A DNA stretch of 41,321 nt from Macrostomum lignano (taxonomy: Eukaryota): assembly GCA_002269645.1 (NCBI GenBank), contig NIVC01000917.1, positions 307,722 through 349,042 on the forward strand, read 5' to 3'. Positions 16,104 through 27,966 of this stretch are shown in pieces. Positions within the stretch are counted from its first letter, which is position 1. Each line of letters starts with the position of its first letter. Made by a program: the position numbers and the translations under genes. Under the pieces are notes generated by a model. That model saw nothing but the letters and a program-made list of their open reading frames with translations, was not told the DNA's origin and ran no database searches.

Positions 16104-16450
16104 GCCCAGCAACTGAGGATCTGGGAGGCTGGCCTAGCAACTGAGGATCTGGGAGGCTGGCCTAGCAACTGAAGATGTGGGAGACTGGCCTAGCAACTGA
16201 ATATGTGGGAGACTGGCCCAGCAACTGAGGATCTGGGAGGCTGGCCTAGCAACTGAGGATCTGGGAGGCTGGCCTAGCAACTGAAGATGTGGGAGACTGG
16301 CCTAGCAACTGAAGATCTGGGAGGCTGGCCCAGAAATTGGGATCTGGGAAGGTGGCCCAGTAATGGAGGATCCGGAAGGCTGGTCGCCCAGCAACTGACG
16401 ATGTGGGTCTGGGAGGATGGCGATGGCCATATGAACTGAGAATCTGGGAT
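16104..16450. repeat. About 28-bp minisatellite GGCCTAGCAACTGAGGATCTGGGAGGCT downstream of the SFT2 stop
   Basis: Seen directly; degenerates toward 16450. Confidence 0.9.
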
Positions 16451-16646
16451 CATCTATAGATTTATAAGGCCTTATAAGCCCATGATATATGAATGACATG
16501 CTAGGAGATTGTAATCATACATAGATGAAAAAAACAGCATTGTCTTCAAACCCCCTGACTCAATTGGCACAATGCAGACATTTGCATAGATAGTGAATCA
16601 AAATCAACTATTTAAAGAAGTCTTCATGCAGTAGGCAGATTTAAAT

Positions 16647-18292
16647 TTAACCAACGCATGCACTGACGGCATTCTTAATAGCCGTCCTAGCATAGGGGAT
16701 ATAGCTAATTGAATACCAGGTGAGCGCCAGGAACTCCAGAATGCAGAATAGCACAGTTAGGGCTACATTGTTCCACAGAAGAGCAGACAGTAGAGCCAGG
16801 GTCATGAATAGCAGCATGAGCAGTGTGGCAATCAGCCGGGTTGGCGCGAACATCTTTTTCAGCTGGTTGAGAGGGCCCATCAGAAAGCAGGTAGACGTCA
16901 GCGACAGGATGTTGCCGAACGTGTAGAATATCCCGAATATGATGACCCCGCGACCGGGGATGGCCAGAAAGAAGCTGCCCTGCAGTTGTGGGACATTTTT
17001 TGGTAAGGTTTAATTAAACACTCCGGTTTGTATCTTACACTTGATATCCAGTGTATTGATTTTGAAATCTTATTCATTTTAACATTGTTAGAGGGCGGTT
17101 GATAAGACGGATCCAGGAGGGTGGCGGTGGCCAGAAACTGAGGATCTGGGAGGGTGGCGGTGGCCCAGCAACTGAGGATCTGGGAGGGTGGCGGTGGCCC
17201 AGCAACTGAGGATCTGTGAGAGTGGGTCAGCAACTGAGGATCTGTCAGAGTGGCCCAGCAACTGAGGATCTGGGAGGGTGGCGGTGGCCCAGCAACTGAG
17301 GATCTGGGAAGGGTGGCGGTTGCCCAGCAACTGAGGATCTGGGAGGGTGGCAGTGGCCCAGCAACTGGAGGATCTGGGAGGGTGGTGACGGTGGCTCAGA
17401 AACTGAGATCTGTGTTGTGGGAGGGGTGATGGCTCAACATGATTGTCTAGAACTCTGAATCTGAACAAGCACACCTAGATCTCTAGACTGTAGGCATATT
17501 CGAAAATTGGAGCGCCGCCTACCAGCAGAGAAAAGGCCCAGCCAATGGAGAAACAGATCAGGAAGCCTTTGATCCGAGTGCTCCAGCTGAAAGTTGCGCC
17601 CTCGTTTATCTGCAATCGAAAGAAACAGTCAAATTCTTGCTATTGTTGGGTTTTTTAGTGGTTAAAACCGCTCTACTGTACTGACAGTAGCGCAAATCTA
17701 AATGAGGTAAAAATATATGCAAAAGAAGAAAAAGACAACATTAATTAATAAATACTGTGCAGACGGAAAACAAGATAATTTTATACAACTTTGTGTCCAA
17801 GTCTAGCTGCACCAACACCACTGCATAGGCCACACTGTTACAGACACAGGAATGTAATAAGCAATTTTAGGCCAATTGGTAGCAGAAAACATTATTCAGT
17901 CAGGTAATTACACAATGTTACAAAACAATGACTAAGAAATGCATGCTAAATTAGTTAGTGCTAGATTTTTATAACAAACAATACCTATGTACTGTCATGA
18001 AGGAAATATTACAAACTGAAGGAAATGGATAAAACAGAGATTGAATACAATACCCACACTTCTGAGCAGAGGAACATCGTCTTCTTCCTAAAGTAAAGAG
18101 AAAAATCTGCACTTTAATCGCTAAATGAGAATAAAAATGATGGAAACACTGCTGATAAGTGTAAAGACGCTTTAATTTAATTTAAAAAAACATACACAAC
18201 AAAGTGTATGAACTACTTACATCAGAGAAGATGCCACTTCTTGTCTCCGCTTCCTCATCATCTCCACTCAGGACTTTCTTCAGTTTGTCCAT
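16647..18292 (-). CDS. SFT2: Vesicle transport protein SFT2 (SFT2D1/SFT2D2 orthologue, Got1/Sft2 family), 163 aa. Exons 18292-18221, 17609-17523, 16979-16647
   Basis: Spliced translation [14 protein letters not shown]..|[20 protein letters not shown]..|[64 protein letters not shown] matches the SFT2 family end to end; both introns are phase-0 GT-AG. Confidence 0.95.
17110..17415. repeat. About 34-bp minisatellite GGGAGGGTGGCGGTGGCCCAGCAACTGAGGATCT in SFT2 intron 2
   Basis: Seen directly; shares its core with the 16104-16450 array. Confidence 0.9.
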
Positions 18293-19227
18293 TTTATTTG
18301 CTTAGTTGCAGATATGGCTAGAAAATATAAATACCATTTATAATTGTTTGTCTAATACTTGTGAAATTAGGCAAACATTTATAGTATAGAATTCACTAGA
18401 TCTAAAATAGAAAATATTTAATTAAAGCATTTCATTCTATCAACAGATTTTTAATAGCATAAATATATATAACAAAGTAGTAATTTATGTTTTATCTGAA
18501 TATTGAATTTTCCTGTAGTCTATCTATATCCATATTTTTTATTAACTTTTTTTCTTTTTTTCTTTAACTTTATACAACTTTCTTGCTATGGTTGCAATAT
18601 ACCACTAGCTAGCAACACTTGGTAAGAATATTTGTTGTTTAAATCCCCAACCTTAGGGACTTATAGCTCTTCTAACAAAAACTTTCATTGGTAACAATTC
18701 ATTTATTGCTTAATAAGATTTTCTATTACCCAACCCCCACTTATCAAGTTAATAGATAGATATGAAAACTAGTATGAAGAATATATGTTTTTATAATAAC
18801 CATATCTATTTCCATAAACATTTTGTCAAAAAAACCTCTATATCTATAACTTCCTATAGCCACATCTATAGTTAGATGTTTAGGTAGAACTCTAGGCCTA
18901 TTATACAATATTAAGGAATTATTTTTATTTAAATATATAAAATAAAGGACCATTTTTATTATATAGAAGGGCTATAAAAAAGCAAAATTTTAGGAAAATA
19001 TGAGCTAACTTGAATGACTTGTTTACTTATATGTATTTGATCAAAGTTAGCATTTTGAGCTTTTATCTTAAATAACTAATAAGCTATTTTAATATTCTTT
19101 AGAGATAAAAACACTTATGACTTAGTGGCAAAAAATATTACCATAGAAAATGAAGTCCTACAAATTTAATTTTATCCTAGAAAAGATAGATTTAGTAGAA
19201 TTATTAATGGCACTATATTATTAGGCC

Positions 19228-19521
19228 CATACATGCGCAACCTCCAAAATTCGGTCGGCCGTGCGACTAAGTTTTAACAAAAATGCGACGTCGTTTTTGG
19301 CCAAAAATGCGACTTACATGTGAAAAAAACCCTAAAGCAAAATTAACGCAACTTTGGGTAAACGGCAGGAGTAACTATGACTGTCTTATTAAGTCAAAAT
19401 GCTTCGTCAGCTACTTAGTACTACTATTGGGGTTTTGGGCGGGCATTTTTGCGACTTCCTTGGTTGGCCGCCAAATCGGTCGGCCGGATCGGCCGACTCG
19501 GCCGACTGTTGCGCATGTATG
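19228..19521. mobile_element. MITE with perfect 14-bp TIRs CATACATGCGCAAC / GTTGCGCATGTATG
   Basis: TIRs seen directly; subterminal TCGGCCG repeats; CpG-rich against CpG-free flanks. Confidence 0.75.
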
Positions 19522-20478
19522 ATTAGGCCCTTTCAATCAATGTTTTTGCTAGCATTATGATATAAAATCATATATTTATAAAGTCTAAAGATACAACTTG
19601 TGATTTTTAAGTAATAAATAACTTAGCTAAGAGTTGGCTAATGCCATGGCTACTACTAGTCACTTTGATAAGAAAATTTTTGTCCTTTTGGCAAAAACAT
19701 TTAGGCCTATCTTGTCTAGGCCTAGAATGTCCTAGGCCTAACGCCTATTAGAAAATATGCCTTTTTTCCAATTGGCCAATCTATATTGTATAATATATAC
19801 TTTGCTAAGGGCAAGGCCAAGTGAACTTTAATTTGGTTTTTAAATAAACTCTATTGGCAACAAAATGTAGCTAAAGGAAGAAAAGTGGCAAGTAGCACAA
19901 CTCTACTGTCCTTATGTGGCTCAAAGGGGCACTAGGAAACATCAATTTAAAGTAGCCATCAGCCTATAGCCAGAAGCCAGGTTGCAGGTTACTAGATAAA
20001 AGTGGCCTCAGCTGATTATTGGGCTAAATAAAGCCCATAGCCCATAGCATAGCATAGATTGGAATAATAACATAGCTCACAGAATAGCTAAGCAGCAAGT
20101 GGCAAGTATCACTAAGTACAGAAGCCAAGCAAAAATTTTAAAATAAGATATGGTGCAATGCTTTTTATTTGTGCAATATCTATATTTATGATATAGATAT
20201 GATAAATAGTCTATCTAAAGATCCAGGGTCTTCTCTTCTTTTTTTTAATCCTGGTATTTTAACCAGAAATAATTTTTTTATAGAAAACAAAAATAATTTT
20301 AACATTAACCCATTCAAACAAGTAACCAAGCCAAAATAGAACTAACTCCAGCCACATGTAAAGAAAAAATAGCTAAATCAACAGGACACTAGACATCTTA
20401 AAATATGGCTAATTGCCATGTTTTAAATTTAGTTCCAATAGGGCATGTGGCAATGGGCAATAGGTTCCAGGAAATTTT

Positions 20479-20560
20479 GTCAACTGGCATTTCGTCAACT
20501 GGCATTTCGTGACTTTCGTCAACTGGTATTTTATCAACAAGACATTACAGCAACTGGACA
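20479..20560. repeat. Short array of GTCAACTGGCATTTC-like 15-mers, possibly subterminal repeats of a DNA transposon end
   Basis: Four to five degenerate copies; the transposon link is inference. Confidence 0.6.
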
Positions 20561-20721
20561 TTTAGTTCAGGCCAAAATTATTTGTCTCTCATGTTAGCCG
20601 CCATGTTAGCCTGTTAGCCGTTCATCTGCATTAAATGACAAATTAAATCTACATGTACAATTGTAATTAGTTATCTCTCAGAACTTAGTGCACCAACCTG
20701 CATGTATCACTTATTTAATAT

Positions 20722-20874
20722 TTAAAGGAATGCCTGAAAGTGAAGTATCGCACCAGTGTTGCAGGCACGGTGAAACCATTTCCTGCAGCTGTCGCAGTCT
20801 AGTCCGTCATCACCATCATTGACGCCCTTTCGGCAAACAGGGCATTTTGGAGCTCGCCGACGCCCGCGAGGTAT
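20722..20874 (-). pseudogene. PHD zinc-finger fragment, likely a transposon-borne gene remnant
   Basis: IPRGRRRAPKCPVCRKGVNDGDDGLDCDSCRKWFHRACNTG has C-X2-C-X12-C-X2-C-X4-H-X2-C spacing; the last Cys pair is absent; the apparent start is ATA; possible donor g|GTGCGA at 20753. Confidence 0.65.
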
Positions 20875-21129
20875 TGTTCAGCTGCACGATGCAACCCCAA
20901 GGCGCGACAGACACCATTGAGGATAGAACGTTTCTACGAAAAATTACTTCCAAGAAGAGTACACGTTTTAAACAAATTTTACATCTCATTTCCACTTTTC
21001 ACATACTCTGGCTGGTGCAGCTATAACAATCAGCTACAATTTGCTAATTAACTGTGCAGAACAGATGGCGGCACAGTACAGTGCTATTAATAAAGCGTTA
21101 AATGATGCGGACGTTGTCGTGGTTGCGGC

Positions 21130-22270
21130 CCACCCTAGACCATAGAAACCATCTGGGCGGAGCCCATGAAACTGGAGCCCTGGAGTCCAGCGAGGCGGAA
21201 GAGACAGCGCTCTCCTTCACAACTTCAAAACGACCATTCTTCATTTTTGATTGCAATCGACCTCTTGTCCCAAACCAAACATCCTATGAAAAGGAACATC
21301 CGGAACACTGACTATGGACAGTGTTCTGGCCAAGGACCACTGTATATAGCTATATAGCTATATACAGTGGTCCTTGGTTCTGGCTTTCACAGAAACCCTG
21401 TAACTGTAATTAATGCCAGACAGATCAGCTAACCACGTCGTTCCCTTTCAGGAAGTGCATGGATGCCCTCGCAGACTTCTCTTACCTCCTGTCCTCTCAC
21501 GCCCACAAATGCCAAAAATCTGCTCCCAGTTGGCACCCGGCTCTTGGATTCCTCCGGCGCAAGGCAATGTCTCCAACGGAATGCTCGCTAGAGCAAGGAT
21601 CCGGCTGACCAGCTGGTCGCCTATCATTTCGCGACTTTAAGCGTGAAATTAGGAAAGCCAAGTCCGACAAAGCTGGAGCGCGCCGTGCGCCTACGGTGAA
21701 TACGCGCTCTCGCTTTTTCTCGACATTGATGGCGCTTTCGGTAGTGGGTGCTTTTGAAGTCTTTAGACGGGCCCTGAAATCCCGGGCCACACACGAGAGC
21801 ACAGCTCACCCGCTGGATCAGGTACATGGACTCCCATCGGACTGTCACCTCGCATGCACCTTCTCGGACCTCCTCGGAGGTCTCGCGGATCTGCGGCCGC
21901 ACGGCGATCTCATGGCCTGCGAGACCTGGAAGCACCGCGGGAGGCCTGCTGAGTGCTGACCCTCTCAGACGGAATGCCGTCCACGTCGCTCTACCCTTCT
22001 GCTAAAATTCAAAACTACAAGTAGCAATCCAGCATGCCAGGAAGCAAGGAACAACTGGCAACCTCGGAAAGTCCACAGCTGCTTCACTGATGGGTCCCAA
22101 ATCAACTCCGTCCGCCTCTGGCTACGGCTACTGCATCGTGTCTGGAGGGAGAACTGTGGCGACTTTTCCCAGCACACTGGCACCTGCTCTACCGTCTTCC
22201 TGAACGAAGTTCTCGCCATCCGAGTACCCTCAACTCCAACAGTCAAGCGACGATTCTGCTACTAATGTCA
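21130..22270 (+). mobile_element. Decayed, internally deleted non-LTR retrotransposon ORF2 (endonuclease end, RT, RNase H; Lian/LOA-like within the R1/I group)
   Basis: Frame-shifted motifs in the expected order: NDH (21229), RNIRNTDY, FRDFKREIRKAK, EYALSLFLDIDGAF (about 21700-21739), RWIRYM..R, GGLLS, CFTDGS (22083), SGYGY, TVFLNEVLAI (22191). Confidence 0.8.
21331..21376. mobile_element. 46-bp perfect palindromic insertion with 8-bp TSD GTTCTGGC
   Basis: CAAGGACCACTGTATATAGCTAT|ATAGCTATATACAGTGGTCCTTG; identical 8-mers at 21323-21330 and 21377-21384. Confidence 0.85.
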
Positions 22271-24944
22271 CACTCTCAAGAATTGTAAAAGTTTTTTTCT
22301 CTGCGTGCGATATTCGCATCATACTCTGCATGTTGCACTACTGATGACAGTAGTAGAAATCTAGTGTGACAGTTGAATCGCTAGTCAACACTTTATAAAG
22401 TTAAGAAATCTGCTTAACGATCGACATCGAGTAAAGTGAATTGTACGGGCTATATTCCATTATAAATTTCTTAAATTCATAGCAACACGAGGATAGGATT
22501 TCTGGCTATTTGAATTCAATGAAATTGCATGTAAATTATAGTGATATACACGCTCATAGGGTGAAACGACGATGTTTGGCAGTGGGAGATCAAAACACGT
22601 CGAAGGCCCTACGGGCAGTGATCGATATCATGCATTTATATTGATATCAATTTGTACACACAGAGCGAGATGTGCACATCTGCACTATTGAAGCTTGTAA
22701 GTATTAACATTCAAAACCGATTCAGTCGATCGACAGAATTAAGGCGCATGTCAAGCATAAGATCGGTGCTTGTTTAGTTCTTTATTAATTTATTTGAAAT
22801 TTGAGGTGGAACTTTGCATGCATGCTTAAAATTTATAAATCAAGCATTATTTATACATGTACACAAATAATGAGAGAACAGGATATACGATCAGTACTTT
22901 AAAAGCATTTTGTGTACACAATACGAGTATATATGTGCATATATATGTTACAAAAGTAAAACTTTTCTTAGTAGTAGTCCCACTGCATCTACTTTTTACC
23001 CACATGTAACCGCTTATAAAATGTAACTTTTTTATTTTTTGGATGCCGATATGTATCGAAAACAACATTTTAAATAGGCAGAACTATTCATATGGAGCCT
23101 GTTTGGTTCAATGTCAAGCCTACTAACTGTTTTGGAAATACATGTAAATGAAAATAGAAAAATATCCTTCGTATACGCTCGAATTTTTATACCGTATGTT
23201 TTTAAGCATGTATACCTAACATGCACATATGCTGTGTACATCATCGTATGAATCGTTGTTGAACAGGAAAAGAATTGGACTCGCTACGAAAATTTTGTAG
23301 AAGAAATGATGAATTTAAATAAATGCAAATAATACAAAATGGCGGCGTGGCAAAAGTGGGTGTCAAATTAGCCATGAGGGAATTGCCAGTTCGGACAAGT
23401 ATAGTGGACCGCCCAAATTGATTGGCAAAGGTTGGAGTTGCTGTTGGCTCAACACCGTTTCCCTCAGGCCGCGGCCCACCGGTGGAAATATATATCTATT
23501 CTGCTATTTATTTTGTGCTTCAACTCCAAAAGGATGGTGAAATCTTTACTCTTTTCATTGTATCGTTCTCATCGTACGCACATATAGCACTACTGAGTAA
23601 TGAGTTGAAAGTAGAAATTCCGTTTTGGCGAAAGATTTTAAAAGCAATTTCTAGATAAAGCCTAGATTTACCTTATTTAATTACTGAACTACTAAATAAA
23701 ATAATCCAAATAAATAGCGACTCGTACTGGCCAAACAGCCCAAAACAGGCTGCATGTTTTTGATTGAGCCATTACACTTCACCACGACCACTGCTACTTT
23801 TATTAGGCTCAAACATTTAACTCTGGAGGCTTTTTGCTGATATTAAATTTTTTGTGGTCAGGATAGGCATAAACTGTACGTTAGTATCCTAGACCTTTGT
23901 TCATTCATGAGACATCTGTTACCATGCAGCCATCGCTAATAAGCATATGAGGAAAATGTCGGGCATCGGCAAAATACCCAAAATCAAATTATACTTGATG
24001 GCAAGGCTGCATCAAATGTATACATCGGTTGTTAGCATGGCAGGGAAATTTGCTAGCTAAACCCTAATTCTTAAAAACTTATTTTAATTTTTTATATTTT
24101 AACGGAAGGGCCTTTCACTATTCAGTTAAAGTTTGTTTGTTTCAACGATAAGTTCCTAGAAAAACGGCAACCGATTCAAAAGTAGATTATTTTTTCTGGC
24201 ATAATTTTCAGCATGCAGCAGCATGATCTCCATAAGTGCTGGTGGTGGAGTAGAGATAGAAGAGATCTAAAATGTTCATTGTGATGTGACATTGATTGCC
24301 ATCAGCAGGAAGTTTATGTCAACAGTGTATAATATAGATAAATAAGATCTGATTTAAATATTGCTACTAAGCATAGGCTGAGCTTCTTTGGTTTGGGGCA
24401 TGTACAGGAGTACTGATGTTGATGTAGGCCTAAATTTGTAGGCTGTAAGTGCTACATAGTATTATCCTAAAAATTATTACAATGTTTTGACCATAAAAAT
24501 TACTGTCTCACTATTAATATGGTCACTTAAAAAAACTACCTATACTACTATAGTTTATAACTTTGCAAAAATCATGTTTTCTTAACATAAAAAATCTTAA
24601 GAATGAGCTAATATAAGTAGTTAAATAGTAAATTATTAGACTTGTGTCACTAGTAATAATACAATACTTAATATAGTACAAAACGAATGGCATTAAAATT
24701 AAGTAATGAACTTGCAATGCAAATAAAAAGGTAGTTAAATTTAATAAAATCAACTCAAAGCATAAGCATGTTATTGTTATTGTTATTAATAAGGCAGTGG
24801 TTATTTGTCCACTCACTAGACAAATAGTGATATGGTTATTCCTCTGACTATTGGATAGGCCTAAATAACAATGTTTCACTATTCATCTATTTAATACCAA
24901 ACAAATAGGCATTTTTTATCTATCTAGGCCCTAGTTAACTTAAA

Positions 24945-26335
24945 GTAGGCAATTGTGAAGTTTTGTTTGTTAAATTTTTTTGACTCCAAAAAAATAATCT
25001 ACAAACTATTTTAAGTACAAATAAATATTTTTAAGAGACTTAAACTTGATTAAGCATTAATTCTATACTTTAAAACTTATTATAATGTATTTGACACTAG
25101 AAAGCTACAATAGTCTATGCCTATGGCCAGAATTTTAGAACATTTTTTGACTTGAAAAGAAGTCTATGGTATTTGAAACATACTCAAAGTAATTGTGGCA
25201 TCAACTGAATGGCAATCCTTCAGTTTACGATTACCATCTATTTTGCTAGTTTTGGTTTATAATCACCTTTTTTGTTTACTACAGTGCAAAAATGGCATGT
25301 TCAAAACTAAGACATAAAAAATAGAAAGAAAGCAAAAGTTGGCTGATCAACTAACTTGACAGATTATATATCGGTTCACTAGTAGCTTATTTATATTTCA
25401 AAAAAGTTTATTTCAAACAATGATAAGATTGTCATAGCACCTTATATTTCACCTTTGGTTTACAATCACCCTAATGTATGTTTCCCATTGAAATGATTGT
25501 AAACCAAAGCTAGCTATAGGAAAAGCATGTCAACCCTAGCTTAGTATAATTAATCTTTAGCATTGCACCTTTCTCATTTTCAGTTTATGATCACTTCCAC
25601 ACATACACTCTATTGAAATGATTGTGAACCAAAGCTGGCTATAGGAAAGCATGTCAACCCTTAATACACTTTCTTATGGCTAGCTTTGGTTGACAATTAT
25701 TTTAATGGGCAACATATGTTTTGGTGATCATAAACTGAAGGTGAAATATACAGGCTACCATAGCTTAAACTTGCAACTTAATAGTTGAAATTAGTTTGAT
25801 AGGCTTTCCTACTACCAGCTTTAGTTCACAATCATTTTAATAAGCAACATACAAGTGAAATATAAGGTGCTACAACAATCTTATTATCTTTTGAAATAAA
25901 CAAAGTTAGTTCACCAACATTTGATTTTGTTTCATTAGAAACTATGGATTTTATGTCTTACAACTGTTTTTGTGGTGATCGTCATTTTTAAGGTGATTGT
26001 CATTGTTTGGGATGATCATAAACTGAAGGAATGCCAACTGAACCCAATGAAGCAATTTGGAAATATCCTATTATTGGATTTCCCAGTAATTCCCACTACT
26101 ATAGTGTATAAAGCTTTTGTTGTTCATTGGCAATTTGACCATAGACAATAATACTTTTTATTTATTTCTATTGACTTGTTTACTTGTTAACATTTTAATG
26201 CTTAGTGCTAAAGTGCTATTAGTGCTTAATCAGGCTTAAGTCTCTTAAAAGTATTTATTTATACTTAAAATAGTTTGTAGATTACTTTTCTGGAGTCAAA
26301 ATAATTTAACAAATGAAACTTGACAATTGCCTTAA
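24945..26335. mobile_element. Old foldback-like inverted-repeat element of about 1.4 kb with nested subrepeats
   Basis: 24945-25060 pairs with about 26225-26335; 25408-25452 with about 25855-25900; 25615-25650 with 25803-25840; internal direct duplication of TGAAATGATTGT..GCATGTCAACCC. Confidence 0.75.
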
Positions 26336-27658
26336 AGAAATAATATTTGCCAATACTAATTAATTATATCTATAATATATTTACAATGAGCATTTTTAGA
26401 CTGTAAAGACTTCTTAATCAAATCTTGATTATTATATTATCATAGTATTAGTATATATCTTGCATTGCATTTAGTTTTTCACTTAATTTTTTATAAAAGT
26501 TGATACAATATATTAGGGAGAAGAAAGGGGGAATGTCAAGGAGGGAATTGCTAAGATGTCAAGGCTTACAAGGGATTGCTAAGGTTATTGCAAAAAATGC
26601 TATATTGTTTATTAAAAAACTTATATGGGATTTTTTGGTTCCCCAATAGGGTTGCTAATTGCTAGTATAGACTATATTTAGAGTTCTAAGTGCTAAAACT
26701 GTATAAATCTTAAATTATAGGCCTAAAATTTTCATTGCAGTCAAAATGACCACATTGGCAGTCAAAATGGCTCTTTATGAATATTATAGTGATGGATTGA
26801 ATTTCAATTTTAATATTCAAAATTTTGAACCCAATTTTGTATCAAAAAATTTTACTTTCAATTTTGAATTTCCATACCATTCATCAAAAATCATTCAGAA
26901 ATTTTGGTTATATTTAAAAAATTAGACATTGTTGATCATGCTATACAAATAAGAAAATCTAGGAAATGAAAGGAAGCATAGTTCAAAGACTCAGCAAGAG
27001 GCAAGAATTGCCTTTTCTATAAGAAAAGATTGTATGGGGCACACATTGTTCTAGGCCTTGTGCTGCACCCATTTTAACCTCCACAGAAGCCCATTGGCAT
27101 TGGCTAAACTCATTGGTGTGGATTTTAATTGGCTAAAGTCTTTTAAAGCCTTAATGAAATTGATATATCTAGATCTCTAGTTTAAACAGCAGTGAAGTAT
27201 AATATACTAGCATTTTCTATTTCATATTTTTTGAGTAATTTCAAGTATTCTGGTTCAAATTATTTTGAAAAAAACATGTAAGCTCATACATGCAGATGCA
27301 AGGTGTTAATCTTTTTTGCATGATTAGCAAACATATAAAAATTTGTTAAGCTAAAAAATTGATTTCAATTTCAATTTTGATTTTGTTCTAAAGATCTGAA
27401 AATTTTTATATTGAATAATTTTATTCCATCACTAGAATATTAGCAAACAAAAAAGGTGGCAGACAAAATATAGCAGATAAAATCAATATTAATTTATTAT
27501 CAGATTCATGATTCAAAAGTTAGGAAGTTTGTTTTTCAATCTAGGCCCTTGCCCTTTTTGAAACTTTTTTATCCTTGAGCTAGATAATTATTCTACATTG
27601 CTTCAGTTTACCTAGCTATAAAATTTATATATACTAATATTAGCTAAGGTAATTAGGT

Positions 27659-27966
27659 GGTGTGTCAGTGGTTCAGTAAGTCAGTGAGTGTGTCAGTTGG
27701 TGTGTCAGTGGTTCAGTGAGTCAGTGAGTGTGTCAGTTGGTGTGTCAGTGGTTCAGTGAGTCAGTGAGTGTGTCAGTTGGTGTGTCAGTGGTTCAGTGAG
27801 TCAGTGAGTGTGTCAGTTGGTGTGTCAGTGGTTCAGTGAGTCAGTGAGTGTGTCAGTTGGTGTGTCAGTGGTTCAGTGAGTCAGTGAGTGTGTCAGTTGG
27901 TGTGTCAGTGGTTCAGTGAGTCAGTGAGTGTGTCAGTTGGTGTGTCAGTGGTTCAGTGAGTCAGTA
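27659..27966. repeat. 40-bp minisatellite GGTGTGTCAGTGGTTCAGTGAGTCAGTGAGTGTGTCAGTT, about 7.7 copies
   Basis: Seen directly; nearly invariant. Confidence 0.97.
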
